DNA of 39,967 nt from the NCBI GenBank assembly GCA_036381125.1, contig DASVDK010000090.1, positions 1 through 39,967 of the forward strand, in the 5' to 3' direction. Source of the DNA: Thermodesulfobacteriota bacterium. GTDB taxonomy: Bacteria; DASVDK01. Of this stretch, positions 26,672-36,079 are shown in pieces (positions within the stretch are counted from its first letter, which is position 1; every line of letters starts with the position of its first letter). Position numbers and translations under genes: made by a program. The notes under the pieces were generated by a model. It ran no database searches, was not told where the DNA came from, and saw nothing but the letters and a program-made list of their open reading frames with translations.

Positions 26672-27235
26672 CTAGAGCAGCGCGAGGAACCGCACCAGGC
26701 CCCACCAGGCAACCCCCATGGCGAAGAGGAGCGTGAAGGGGCCGAGCCAGCCGCGGCTGTAGGCGAGCATCGCGCCGGCGGTGAGCGGGATGGCGAGGAT
26801 GCGGGCCGCGTCGGCGTGGGGACCGGCGGACGTCGACTCGGACCACCAGAGCCTCGCCGCCGATGCGCCGATCAGGCCGAGGACCACGGGGCGCATGGCG
26901 AGTTCGGCCCGGTGGATCCACGCGATGTTGCGGAAGCGCCGGTAGACCCCGTATACGAGGGCCATGATGAGCGCCGGGCAGAGGTAGACGCCGATGAAGG
27001 TGGCGGCGAACCCGGGCCAGCCGGCCACCAGGTAGCCGATGAGCGGCAGCATGGCCGAGTTGGGTCCCGGGAGGAACTGCGAGAAGACGTACGCCTGGAC
27101 GAACTGGTCGTGCGTCACCCACGCGTGCTCGTCCACGGCCTGCCGTTCCACCTGAGGCAGGACGCCGAAGAGCCCGCCGAAGGCGAGCACGCTCACCCGA
27201 AAGAACGTCCAGAAGAGGTCGAGCAGGACCGTCAC
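26672..27235 (-). CDS. short-chain chromate transporter (CHR) subunit 2
   Basis: LAFGG, SQFLPGPN, GYLVAGWPG. GTG overlaps the upstream stop. Confidence 0.85.
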   Translation of the reverse strand: MTVLLDLFWTFFRVSVLAFGGLFGVLPQVERQAVDEHAWVTHDQFVQAYVFSQFLPGPNSAMLPLIGYLVAGWPGFAATFIGVYLCPALIMALVYGVYRRFRNIAWIHRAELAMRPVVLGLIGASAARLWWSESTSAGPHADAARILAIPLTAGAMLAYSRGWLGPFTLLFAMGVAWWGLVRFLALL

Positions 27236-27807
27236 GCGCGCGTCTCGACGAGGATCTCGACGACGAGGCCCACCGCGACGCCGCCGCCGATGAGCCAGGG
27301 CAGCGGGGTGCCGAGCGACGAGGCTAGGGCGACCAGGGCGGCCACGCCGAGCCGCCAGAGGAGCGGGTCGTGGAGCCCCTGGGGGCGGATCGGCGTGGCG
27401 GCGGCGAGCCCCCGGGCCATCCGCCCGACGAAGACGAGGAAGAGGACGGCGCTGCCGAGGGCGAAGCCCTGGAAGAGGTCGCGGAGGGCCGGATGGTCGA
27501 ACGGCACGACCGTGAAGAGGAGCGCGGCGAGGAGCGACCCGGGCAGGCAGAGGCCCAGCACGCCGACGATCGCGCCCGGCACGCCGGCGAAGCGGACGCC
27601 GAGGTGCGCGACGAGGTTCACGATGTTCGGCCCCGGCAGCGCCTGGGCGAGCGTCAGCGTCTCGTAGAACTCCTCGTCGGTCAACCACGCCCGTTCGCGC
27701 ACGACGAGGTCCTGGTACATCAGGGCGCGCCCCGAGCCTCCGAAGCTGAGGCCCCCGATGCGAAGATTGGCGATCGCCCACTCGGCGAGGGTCGGACCGG
27801 CGGCCAC
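27232..27807 (-). CDS. short-chain chromate transporter (CHR) subunit 1
   Basis: IGGLSFGG, WLTDEEF, AQALPGPN. Confidence 0.85.
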   Translation of the reverse strand: MAAGPTLAEWAIANLRIGGLSFGGSGRALMYQDLVVRERAWLTDEEFYETLTLAQALPGPNIVNLVAHLGVRFAGVPGAIVGVLGLCLPGSLLAALLFTVVPFDHPALRDLFQGFALGSAVLFLVFVGRMARGLAAATPIRPQGLHDPLLWRLGVAALVALASSLGTPLPWLIGGGVAVGLVVEILVETRA

Positions 27808-27817
27808 CGTCCCCCCC

Positions 27818-28600
27818 TTACAGCCCGGCCACGAGCGCCGGGAGGTCGGCGAGGCGCACGAGGGTCGCATCGGGGGCCGGCGCCTCGCGGCCGTCCGGCC
27901 AGCGATGCGGCGGCAACGCCCAGGCGGCCCACTCGGGCGACCGCGCCGGCGTGAAGTGCACGACCCGCAGGCCGGCGTTCCGCCCGCCGAGGACGTCGAG
28001 GACCGGGTCGTCGCCCACGTGCACGACCTCTCGGGGCGCGAGCCCGCCGAGGTCGCCGAGCGTCCGCTCGAAGATCGCCGCGCCCGGCTTGGACGCCTCG
28101 ACCTCGTCGGAGAAGGTCAGCACGTCGAAGTGCCGGAGGAGGTCGGCGCGGTCGAGCACGCGGCGAAGCGACCGGCCCGGCGAGCGCCCGGTGTTCGAGA
28201 CGAGGGCCACGCGATAGCCGGCCGCCTTGAGGGCCGGCAGCAGGGCCTGCGCGCCGTCGACGAGCCGGGGCGGGATGTCGACGATCACGTCGGCGTAGTG
28301 CGCCACGACCGCCTCGAACGCGTCGGGCGGGAGCGCGGCCGGCAGCGCCGGGTCGAGGCACTCGAGGAGGGTGGCCACCTGCCGGTGGATCGGCAGGTCG
28401 AGGTGCTGCGCCTGCACCGCCTGCATGGTGCGACCGCAGGCCGAGTAGGCCACCTCGAGGGCGCTCCGCTCGACGGGGTGGCCCGCGTCGGCCAGCGTGG
28501 CGAGGATTCCCTCGAAGCGGCGTGCGGTCCGCACGGCCTCCATCTCGGGCGTGTCCCAGAGGAGCGTGTTCCAGAGGTCGAGGCAGACGGCTCGGATCAT
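27818..28600 (-). CDS. HAD-superfamily hydrolase
   Basis: Motif I DLWNTL, motif II VSNT, motif III SKP, motif IV HVGDD..DV.G. Confidence 0.88.
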   Translation of the reverse strand: MIRAVCLDLWNTLLWDTPEMEAVRTARRFEGILATLADAGHPVERSALEVAYSACGRTMQAVQAQHLDLPIHRQVATLLECLDPALPAALPPDAFEAVVAHYADVIVDIPPRLVDGAQALLPALKAAGYRVALVSNTGRSPGRSLRRVLDRADLLRHFDVLTFSDEVEASKPGAAIFERTLGDLGGLAPREVVHVGDDPVLDVLGGRNAGLRVVHFTPARSPEWAAWALPPHRWPDGREAPAPDATLVRLADLPALVAGL

Positions 28601-30432
28601 GGCGCGGGGATTGTAGCGAGCCGCGCGATCAACGCCGGATCGGGCGCGACGACGACGCTGCGGTGGCCGCCGCCGAGCGTGACGAGGCCCGGACGGGCGC
28701 CCCGCGGCTTCCTGACCGCCGAGGCGGGCGCGACGTGGACCGACACCTTGCCGGCCGCGCGAGCCTTGCTGTAGTACGCGGCGACGGCCGCGGCCTCGAG
28801 GACGCTCCGCTCGGGGATCTCGCCGCGGCCGGCGCGCCGTATGAGCACGTGGGCGCCCGGGTAGCCGTCGGCGTGCAGCCAGAGGTCGTCGGGACGGGCC
28901 AGGCGCGTCGAGACGTAGTCGTTCGAGACGTTGGTCTTGCCGGCGACGACCTCGTAGCCGTCGGACGTTCGGAAGCGCCTCACCGGCGGCTCGGCGCTCG
29001 CACGCCCCGGACGGCCGGCCTGCGCTCCGGCCCCTGCGCGGGGCCCCCGCGGAGCCTTCGGTTCCGTGGGGTGCGCGTGGCGGGCGGTCGCTCTCCCCGG
29101 GCCCCGGCCGCCGGCGGCCGGCGGGGACGCGAGCGGCGACTGTTCCTCGATCTCCGCCTCGATCGCGTCGAGGTCGTCGGCCGAGTCGGCGGCGTCGAGG
29201 GTGAAGAGCGTCGCGTCGAGCCAGGCCAGCTCGGCCTCGGTGTCGGCGCGCCGGGCGGCCACGGCGTCGGCGCCGCGCTCCGCCTTGCGAGCCCGCGCGT
29301 AGAGCGCCTCGATGTTGGCCTGCGGGTCGAGGGCGGGGTCGAGCGGGACGGTGATCTCGCGCCCCTCGGGGTCGAAGAGGTCGACGACCCGCGCCTCCCG
29401 CTGCCCGCGGGCCAGGCGGTGACGCTGCGCGGCGAGGAGGTCGGCCAGGCGGCGCGCCGCGCTCGCCGCCTCCAGGTTCGCGCGGTCCCGATCGAGCGCC
29501 GCCAGCCGCCGGACGAGCCGATCGCGCGCCTTGAGGAGGCGGGCCCGCAGCGGGGCGGCCCGCCGGGCGAGCCGCTCCTCCGGCGATGCGGCCCAGCGCT
29601 CGACGGCGGCCGAGGGAGAGGCGAACCGCTCCGTCTCGACGTCGGGCGCCCCCTCGAGGTGGGCGAGAGGCGCCATCGCGAGCAGCGGCGCCGCCCCCTG
29701 GCGCCGGTAGACGCGCGGTTCGAACCGCCCCTCGGCCAGGCGCGCCGCCAGCGCCTCGGCGGCCGCCGCCAGGCGGGCGGGGTTGCCGGCCGCCGCAGCC
29801 GCCAGGTGCGCGACGAGCGCCGGCGTGACGCCGGCCACCGTCCGGCCGAGCGGCGCCGGGTCGGTCTCGCCGCGCGCCCGGAGCGCGGCGACGGCCTGCG
29901 GCAGCTCGGCGAACGGGCGCCTCGAGCCGGGCGGCGGCGGGACGTAGGGCGTGCCCGGCGCGAGCGTGCGGCCGCCGGCCGCCGCGGTGCGCCGCAGCGC
30001 CTCCCGCACCCGCCCGTCCGCTCCCACCGCGACCACCTGCGCCTGGGCGCCGAGGAGTTCGACGACCAGGTCGAGCCGCTCTCCGTCGTCGCCGGGGCGC
30101 GCGAGCCGGAGCGTCACGACGCGGTCCGCCTCGGCGTGCCGCACCTCGAGGAGCCGCATCCCCCGGGTGTGCGCCCGCAGGAAGGCGGCGAAGCGAGGAG
30201 GACCGCCGTGGGGCGGAGGCAGCTCGCGGAGGGCGGAGGCGGCGAGCGCGGTCAGGTGGAGCCGCGGGGCGTCGGGCTCGGCCGAGACGACGAGGCGCCG
30301 CTCGCCCCGGCCCCCGGCCCACCACTCGAGGACCAGCGTCTCCGGCGCGGTCTGCACGACCCGGGAGAGAATCGCCCCCCGCACGGCCTCGTCGACCTCC
30401 CGGGCGACCGCGACGACGGCGAGGAGGTCCAT
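28597..30432 (-). CDS. rqcH: NFACT family ribosome quality-control protein (RqcH/Rqc2/FbpA-like)
   Basis: NFACT-N (ADRVV, LVVELLG), coiled coil, VPLDP..QAN..Y..ARK, and NFACT-R (GKTN..ND, DLWLHA..PGAHV, AAYYSK, KP.G..PG.V). Confidence 0.85.
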   Translation of the reverse strand: MDLLAVVAVAREVDEAVRGAILSRVVQTAPETLVLEWWAGGRGERRLVVSAEPDAPRLHLTALAASALRELPPPHGGPPRFAAFLRAHTRGMRLLEVRHAEADRVVTLRLARPGDDGERLDLVVELLGAQAQVVAVGADGRVREALRRTAAAGGRTLAPGTPYVPPPPGSRRPFAELPQAVAALRARGETDPAPLGRTVAGVTPALVAHLAAAAAGNPARLAAAAEALAARLAEGRFEPRVYRRQGAAPLLAMAPLAHLEGAPDVETERFASPSAAVERWAASPEERLARRAAPLRARLLKARDRLVRRLAALDRDRANLEAASAARRLADLLAAQRHRLARGQREARVVDLFDPEGREITVPLDPALDPQANIEALYARARKAERGADAVAARRADTEAELAWLDATLFTLDAADSADDLDAIEAEIEEQSPLASPPAAGGRGPGRATARHAHPTEPKAPRGPRAGAGAQAGRPGRASAEPPVRRFRTSDGYEVVAGKTNVSNDYVSTRLARPDDLWLHADGYPGAHVLIRRAGRGEIPERSVLEAAAVAAYYSKARAAGKVSVHVAPASAVRKPRGARPGLVTLGGGHRSVVVAPDPALIARLATIPAP

Positions 30433-30493
30433 GGCCGCATGCTAGCTCGGCCCCTCGCGCGGCCGGAAACTTCGAGGATCACCTCGCTCCTCC

Positions 30494-30523
30494 TTGACGG
30501 CGCGCGAGACGGGACCGTATAGT
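30494..30523 (+). promoter_or_regulatory. sigma70 promoter of minCDE
   Basis: TTGACG-N18-TATAGT. Confidence 0.6.
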
Positions 30524-30569
30524 ACCGGCCAACTCCGAGCCCACCCAACGCGGTCACGGAAGGGCGCTC

Positions 30570-31415
30570 TTGCAGATCGATCTCCCGAAGCTCGACAAGC
30601 GAGTCGTCATCAAGGGCTACCGCACCGGCATCGGCATCTTCTTCGACGAGGACGGACCCTTCGCCGACCTGCTCGTCGACCTCGCGCAAAGCCTCGAGCG
30701 GTCGAACGCGTTCTTCAACGGGGCCCCGGTCACGCTCCACATCGGGCGCCGGGAACTCGGCTCGCGCGACTTCATGGCGCTGCGCGACCTCCTGGTCGAG
30801 CGGCACCGGCTCATGATCGCGCAGGTGCACGCCGACCTGCCCGGGACCCGAACGGCGGCGGAGCGGCTCGGGCTCAAGGTCAGCGGGACGCCGGGAGGGT
30901 ACCGTGCGGCCGACGCCGCCCCGGCGCCGGGCGGCCCGGAGGTGCGGGTCGTGCCGGGGGGGCGCGACCTCGCCCGCCAGGTGGAGCCGCCGCGCGAGCC
31001 GGCGGCCAGGGGCGAGCCGGCGCGATCGGCCGAGCGCGCGGAGCCGAGCGGGGGCGCGAGCCCGGTCGCCGACACCCTCACGGTGCGCCAGACCCTGCGC
31101 AGCGGGCAGCGCATCGAGTTCCCGGGCCACGTCCTGGTCCTCGGGGACGTCAACTCCGGGGCGGAGATCGTGGCGGGGGGCGACATCGTGGTCTTCGGGG
31201 CGCTCCGCGGCCTCGCGCACGCCGGGGCCTCCGGCGATCGGACCGCGGTCATCGTGGCGCTCGGCATCCAGCCGCCCCAGCTGCGGATCGGCCCGGTCAT
31301 CTCCCGGGGGAGCGAGAGCCCGGCCCGGCGCGACGCCAGGGAACCCCAGACGCCGGAGATCGCCCGCGTGGAGGGCGACACGATCGTGGTGGAGGCCTTC
31401 CGCGGCCGCCTCTAG
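30570..31415 (+). CDS. minC: septum site-determining protein MinC
   Basis: VIKG N-terminus; TLRSGQRI...GDVNSGAEIVAGGDIVVFGALRGLAHAG...PQLRI. Confidence 0.93.
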   Translation: MQIDLPKLDKRVVIKGYRTGIGIFFDEDGPFADLLVDLAQSLERSNAFFNGAPVTLHIGRRELGSRDFMALRDLLVERHRLMIAQVHADLPGTRTAAERLGLKVSGTPGGYRAADAAPAPGGPEVRVVPGGRDLARQVEPPREPAARGEPARSAERAEPSGGASPVADTLTVRQTLRSGQRIEFPGHVLVLGDVNSGAEIVAGGDIVVFGALRGLAHAGASGDRTAVIVALGIQPPQLRIGPVISRGSESPARRDAREPQTPEIARVEGDTIVVEAFRGRL

Positions 31416-31439
31416 GCGCCGCGAGGGGAAGGAGATTCG

Positions 31440-32312
31440 ATGGCGAACGATACGGACGCGGCCGTGAAGGGGCCCGAGACCGCGAACGGCAACGGGCACG
31501 GGGCCTCGCCCTCGCGGCCGGGCGAGAAGAAGGTCTTCGTCGTGACGTCCGGGAAGGGCGGCGTCGGCAAGACGACGACCACGGCCAACCTCGGCATGGC
31601 CCTCGCCGTGCGCGGCCGGAAGGTCTGCGTGATCGACGCGGACATCGGCCTGCGCAACCTCGACGTCATCATGGGGCTGGAGAACCGGATCGTCTTCACC
31701 CTCGTCGACGTGATCCAGGGCAAGTGCCACTACCGCAAGGGGCTCATCAAGGACCGGCGGGCGCAGACGCTCCACCTCTTGCCCGCGTCGCAGACCGACG
31801 AGAAGGACGCGGTCTCGCCGGCGCAGATGAAGGCGCTCCTCGACGAGATGCGCGAGGAGTTCGATTACGTGCTCATCGACTGCCCGGCGGGCATCGAGCA
31901 GGGGTTCCGCAACTCCATCGCCGGAGCGGACGAGGCGCTCGTGGTCACGACGCCGGAGGTCGCGGCCATCCGCGACGCCGACCGGGTCATCGGGCTCCTC
32001 CAGGCGGAGGGGGTCGGCGCGCGGCTGATCATCAACCGGATCTCGCCGGAAATGGTGCGGCGCGGCGACATGCTCGGGCAGCAGGACGTCCTCGACATCC
32101 TCGCCATCGACCTGCTCGGCATCGTGCCGCTCGACGAACAGGTCATCATCGCGACGAACAACGGCGTCCCGGCGGTCCTCCAGGACGCGTCGCGGGCCGG
32201 ACAGGCCTTCAACCGGATCGCCAGGCGGCTCGAAGGGGAGGACGTCCCCATCCAGTCGCTCGACCCCGCAGGCTTCCTGGCCCGGCTCGGGCGGAAGCTG
32301 CGGCTCGCTTAA
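31440..32312 (+). CDS. minD: septum site-determining ATPase MinD
   Basis: SGKGGVGKTT, DIGLRNLD, DCPAGIEQG, RDADR, C-terminal amphipathic GFLARL. Confidence 0.96.
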   Translation: MANDTDAAVKGPETANGNGHGASPSRPGEKKVFVVTSGKGGVGKTTTTANLGMALAVRGRKVCVIDADIGLRNLDVIMGLENRIVFTLVDVIQGKCHYRKGLIKDRRAQTLHLLPASQTDEKDAVSPAQMKALLDEMREEFDYVLIDCPAGIEQGFRNSIAGADEALVVTTPEVAAIRDADRVIGLLQAEGVGARLIINRISPEMVRRGDMLGQQDVLDILAIDLLGIVPLDEQVIIATNNGVPAVLQDASRAGQAFNRIARRLEGEDVPIQSLDPAGFLARLGRKLRLA

Positions 32313-32351
32313 GAGGCGTCTCATGCCCCGACGGGCGAAAGCGAGGCGGCG

Positions 32352-32636
32352 GTGCTCGACGATTTCATGAACCGTATCAACGGCTTCTGGAGGCGAGGCG
32401 TCGGCGGCGGTAGCGGCAAGGTCGCCAAGAGCCGCCTCCAGGTCGTGCTGGTCCACGACCGGGTGGGGGTCTCGCCGAGGGTGCTGGCGAACTTCCGCAA
32501 GGACCTCGTCGGCGTCATCGGCAAGTACTTCGAGATCGACGGCAACGCGCTCGAGATCGACGTCCGGCAGGTCGAGGACTACCACGCGCTCCTGGTGAAC
32601 ACGCCGATCATCCGGACCAAGGCTGCGGCGCGCTAG
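32352..32636 (+). CDS. minE: cell division topological specificity factor MinE
   Basis: AKSRLQVVLVHDR, VIGKY, VNTPI; follows minD. Confidence 0.92.
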   Translation: MLDDFMNRINGFWRRGVGGGSGKVAKSRLQVVLVHDRVGVSPRVLANFRKDLVGVIGKYFEIDGNALEIDVRQVEDYHALLVNTPIIRTKAAAR

Positions 32637-32666
32637 CAGCGGCGCACCCGGTCGCCGGCCTGGCGC

Positions 32667-32879
32667 CTAGACCCCCTGGCGCTCGAGGCGGAGGAGGCGC
32701 CGGCAGTGTGGGCATTTCGCCACGGTCGTGTCCACCGGCGCCTGGCAGTGCGGACACGGACGCTGCCGTACCCGCGAGGGGGCCGGCTTGAGCGGCAAGG
32801 CCTGGGCGAGCCCTTCTCTCAGCCTGGCAAGGGCGTGATTGACGACCGACCGGCCTACCGTGGGAAAGCGACGGGTCAA
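32667..32879 (-). CDS. small zinc-ribbon protein (70 aa)
   Basis: TTG start with GGGAGGG RBS and TTGCCA-N18-TACGAT upstream; CPHC-x10-CPHC. Confidence 0.55.
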   Translation of the reverse strand: MTRRFPTVGRSVVNHALARLREGLAQALPLKPAPSRVRQRPCPHCQAPVDTTVAKCPHCRRLLRLERQGV

Positions 32880-33012
32880 CGCTGATCCCTCCCCGCGAGC
32901 ATCGTAGCGACATGGCTCTCGCCCTGGCAACAGGGTGAACAGGCCCGAATTATCGGACCTACACCACCCCCTGTCACCTGACCAGGTGTTTCGGCTTGAC
33001 GGCGTCGCGCAT

Positions 33013-33027
33013 CTGTAATAACTACAA
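33013..33027 (+). promoter_or_regulatory. Per/Fur-box-like operator upstream of perR
   Basis: CTGTAATAACTACAA matches TTATAATNATTATAA at 10 of 14 positions. It lies downstream of TTGACG (32996-33001). Confidence 0.55.
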
Positions 33028-33078
33028 GTTGGGAGTCGATACAAGATCGTAGCGATTTCAGGTGGAGCGTCCAGGCGG

Positions 33079-33528
33079 ATGAGCAGCCACGACCTCGCGC
33101 GTGTCGAGCGGAAGCTCAGGGCGAGCGGCTTCAAGGTGACGCCGCAGCGGCTCGCCGTGGCCCGCGCCGTGCTCGGCAGCCAGGAGCATCCCACGGCGGA
33201 CGACATCTTCCGGGCCGTGCGGCGCGACTTCCCGAGCATGTCGCTCACGACCGTGTATCACACGCTCGACACCCTCAGGGCGCTCGGCGAGGTGACCGAG
33301 CTACGCGCGGGCGAGGCGGTGCGCTTCGACCCGAACCACGAGCCGCACCACCACCTCGTGTGCGTCGGCTGCCGGCGCATCGTCGACATCGATCGCGGCG
33401 CCGCTCCGGTCCCGATCCCGCCGTCGGTCGCGGCCGAGTACGAGATCCTCGACTACCACGTCCAGTTCACCGGATACTGCACCACCTGCCGGCCACGGCA
33501 GGACACCCAAGCTGGAGGTCCACGATGA
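33079..33528 (+). CDS. perR: PerR-like Fur-family regulator
   Basis: TPQR, HPTAD, TVY, RFD, HHHLVC..C, IVDI (PerR-type Asp), C-terminal CxxC. Heads a peroxide-defence operon. Confidence 0.85.
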   Translation: MSSHDLARVERKLRASGFKVTPQRLAVARAVLGSQEHPTADDIFRAVRRDFPSMSLTTVYHTLDTLRALGEVTELRAGEAVRFDPNHEPHHHLVCVGCRRIVDIDRGAAPVPIPPSVAAEYEILDYHVQFTGYCTTCRPRQDTQAGGPR

Positions 33529-33947
33529 GCAAGAGCCTCAAGGGCACCAAGACGCTCGAGAACCTCAAGGAGGGCTTTGCCGGCGAGTCGCAGGCGAACC
33601 GGCGCTACCTCTACTTCGCGCGCAAGGCCGACATCGAAGGCTACCCCGATGTCGCCGGTGTCTTCCGCGACACGGCCGAGGGTGAGACCGGTCACGCCTT
33701 CGGTCACTTCGAGTACATGGAGGAGGTCGGCGACCCGGCGACGGGCGAGCCGGTGGGCGACACCGCGCTGAACCTCAAGTCGGCCATCGCCGGCGAGACC
33801 TACGAGTACACGAAGATGTACCCGGGCTTCGCCAAGACCGCCCGCGAGGAAGGGTTCAACGAGATCGCCGAGTGGTTCGAGACGCTGGCGCGCGCCGAGA
33901 AGTCGCACGCGGGCCGCTTCGCGAAGGCGCTCGAGTCGATCCAGTAA
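33525..33947 (+). CDS. rubrerythrin (no rubredoxin domain)
   Basis: [27 protein letters not shown] and EKSHA di-iron motifs; GGAGG RBS. Confidence 0.93.
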   Translation: MSKSLKGTKTLENLKEGFAGESQANRRYLYFARKADIEGYPDVAGVFRDTAEGETGHAFGHFEYMEEVGDPATGEPVGDTALNLKSAIAGETYEYTKMYPGFAKTAREEGFNEIAEWFETLARAEKSHAGRFAKALESIQ

Positions 33948-34005
33948 CGCAGCATCAGCTCGGGCGGGACGGGGGGGCGCCCGTCCCGCCCCGTGCGGGA
34001 GCGTC

Positions 34006-34575
34006 ATGGCTTCGGGCATCCAGCTCGTCCCCTCGCAACCGGTCGACTTCGACGTGCGCCAGCCGGCCTTCTACGACCCGGCGGCGCTCAAGGCGGAGAT
34101 CGATCGGCAGTTCACGGTCTGCGAGGGCTGCCGCATGTGCATCAACTACTGCGACAGCTTCCGCACGATGCTCCGTCGCTTCGACGAGCACGAGCAGGAC
34201 GTGACGGCCCTCTCGCTCGACGAGCGGCGGGAGATCGTCGACCTCTGCTTCCAGTGCAAGCTCTGCTACATCAACTGCCCCTACATCCCGCCCCATCAGT
34301 ACGCGCTCGACATCCCGCGGCTGTTCCTGCGGGCGAAGGCCGTCGAGGCCAGGCGGTCGGGGCTCGGTCTGCGCGAGCGCCTGCTCGCGCGGGTCGACCT
34401 CGTGGGGCGGCTCTCGTCCCTCGCCGCGCCGCTCGTGAACGCGCTGAACCGGTTCGCGCCGAATCGGCTCGTGCTCGAGAAGGTGCTCGGCGTGCACCGG
34501 GACCGCAAGCTGCCGCCCTTTGCCGGCGAGACCTTCGCCGCGTGGTGGCGGGCGCGCGAGAGGAGCGCGCGATGA
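34006..34575 (+). CDS. rubrerythrin-associated Fe-S oxidoreductase, N-terminal 4Fe-4S dicluster part
   Basis: CEGCRMCINYC and CFQCKLCYINCPYIPPH. Confidence 0.85.
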   Translation: MASGIQLVPSQPVDFDVRQPAFYDPAALKAEIDRQFTVCEGCRMCINYCDSFRTMLRRFDEHEQDVTALSLDERREIVDLCFQCKLCYINCPYIPPHQYALDIPRLFLRAKAVEARRSGLGLRERLLARVDLVGRLSSLAAPLVNALNRFAPNRLVLEKVLGVHRDRKLPPFAGETFAAWWRARERSAR

Positions 34576-35345
34576 GCGATCGTCCGACCTCGGGGCGCGT
34601 GGCCTTCTTCTACACCTGCTCCGTCAACTACAACGTTCCCGAGGTGGGGCGTGCGTGCGTCGAGGTGCTCGAGAAGAACGGGATCGAGGTGACGGTCCCC
34701 GAGCAGAAGTGCTGCGGGATGCCGTTCCTCGACTCGGGCGACATGGCGGGCATGCAGGCGAACCTCCGCTACAACGTGGCGCGCCTGCTGCCGCTCGTTC
34801 GCCAGGGCTACGACATCGTGACGCCGGGCCCGTCCTGCTCGCTCATGCTGAAGCAGGAGTACCCGGGGTTCGTCCCGGGCGACGACACCCGCGAGGTGGC
34901 CGCGGGCACGTACGACGTGTGCGAGTACCTCGTGAAGCGCAAGGCAGAGGGCCGGCTCGTCACGGAGTTCGCCCGCTCGCTGGGCACGGTGGTGTACCAC
35001 CACGCCTGCCACCTCCGCGCGCAGCGCATGGGCCCCAAGGCGGTGCAGCTCCTCCGCCTCGTGCCCGGCACGAAGGTCCAGATGGTCGAGGCCTGCTCGG
35101 GCCACGACGGGACCTGGGGCATGAAGACCGAGTATTTCCAGCTCTCGCTCAAGCAGGGCGAGAAGCTCTTCCGCGGCATGCAGAAGCCGGACGCCGACTT
35201 CGCCGTCTCCGACTGCCCGCTGGCCGCGCGGCAGATCTGGCAGGGGACCGACCTCGCGGTCGTCCATCCGATCCTGCTCCTCCACCACGCGTACGGCCTG
35301 GGGGAGGGGCTGGTCAGCCGGCGACGTGCAGCCATGACCGTCTGA
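34572..35345 (+). CDS. CCG-domain (GlpC/HdrB-like) Fe-S protein, C-terminal part of the oxidoreductase
   Basis: TCSVNY, CCGMP, PSC, HACH, CSGHDGTWG, SDCP. ATGA overlap with an AGGAG RBS. Confidence 0.85.
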   Translation: MSDRPTSGRVAFFYTCSVNYNVPEVGRACVEVLEKNGIEVTVPEQKCCGMPFLDSGDMAGMQANLRYNVARLLPLVRQGYDIVTPGPSCSLMLKQEYPGFVPGDDTREVAAGTYDVCEYLVKRKAEGRLVTEFARSLGTVVYHHACHLRAQRMGPKAVQLLRLVPGTKVQMVEACSGHDGTWGMKTEYFQLSLKQGEKLFRGMQKPDADFAVSDCPLAARQIWQGTDLAVVHPILLLHHAYGLGEGLVSRRRAAMTV

Positions 35346-35354
35346 GATGCCGGC

Positions 35355-35430
35355 GCGGAGGTCGGCGCCGAGCCGTTGGAGAGGCCGGCGCGAGCCGGCC
35401 GGAGCGGAGGCCGGCGCCGAGCCGTTGGAG
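35355..35430 (+). repeat. 27-bp intergenic direct repeat
   Basis: GCGGAGG(T/C)CGGCGCCGAGCCGTTGGAG at 35355-35381 and 35404-35430 (26/27 identical). Confidence 0.7.
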
Positions 35431-35439
35431 GAAACCGAC

Positions 35440-36033
35440 ATGCAGAAGCTGACCCTCACCGACATCACGCCGCCCGTGGAGTACGAGCCCAGGCGGGCCG
35501 CCTTCCGCGCCATGATCATCGAGCACAAGAAGCCCCGCCGGGTGCCGGTGGGCGACCGCGTGACGTTCGTCTTCGAGGACCGGCAGACGATCCGGTTCCA
35601 GATCCAGGAGATGTGCCGGGTCGAGCGGATCACCGAGCCGGAGAAGATCGCCGAGGAGGTGGCCGTCTACAACGACCTCATCCCGGACACCGGCGAGCTG
35701 GTGGCGACGATGTTCGTGGAGGTCGCCGAGGCGTCGCAGATCGCGCCGGTCCTGAACGCGCTCGTCGGGCTGCGCGACATGGTCGTCCTCGAGGCGGGGA
35801 GCGAGCGGATCAGGGCCGAGACCGTTGCCAACCACGGCGCCGACGACCGCCTGGCGGCGGTCGAGTACCTCAAGTTCCGCCTCACCCCGGCGGCAGTGGC
35901 AGCGCTCCGGTCGGGCGCCGAGGCGGCGCTCGTCACGGAGCACCCCCGCTACACGCACCGCACGGCGTTGTCGGCCGCGACGCGCCGCGCGCTCCTCGAG
36001 GACCTCTCGGACGCGCCGGCCGCGCTAGCATGA
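35440..36033 (+). CDS. DUF3501 family protein
   Basis: KKPRRV.VG....FE...TIRFQIQEM.RVERI...YNDLIP...L.ATMF, in its usual context after rubrerythrin and the Fe-S oxidoreductase. Confidence 0.85.
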   Translation: MQKLTLTDITPPVEYEPRRAAFRAMIIEHKKPRRVPVGDRVTFVFEDRQTIRFQIQEMCRVERITEPEKIAEEVAVYNDLIPDTGELVATMFVEVAEASQIAPVLNALVGLRDMVVLEAGSERIRAETVANHGADDRLAAVEYLKFRLTPAAVAALRSGAEAALVTEHPRYTHRTALSAATRRALLEDLSDAPAALA

Positions 36034-36079
36034 GAGCTTTGCCAGGGATGGCCAACCAGATACCCCTCGGAGGACCAGC

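Noticed and set aside
2614-32585. Many long Arg/Pro/Gly-rich ORFs in the track (e.g. 2614-5118, 3375-5447, 17744-20464, 30252-32585)
   Set aside because: These are shadow or alternate frames of real genes, expected at this GC content, and have no family motifs of their own.
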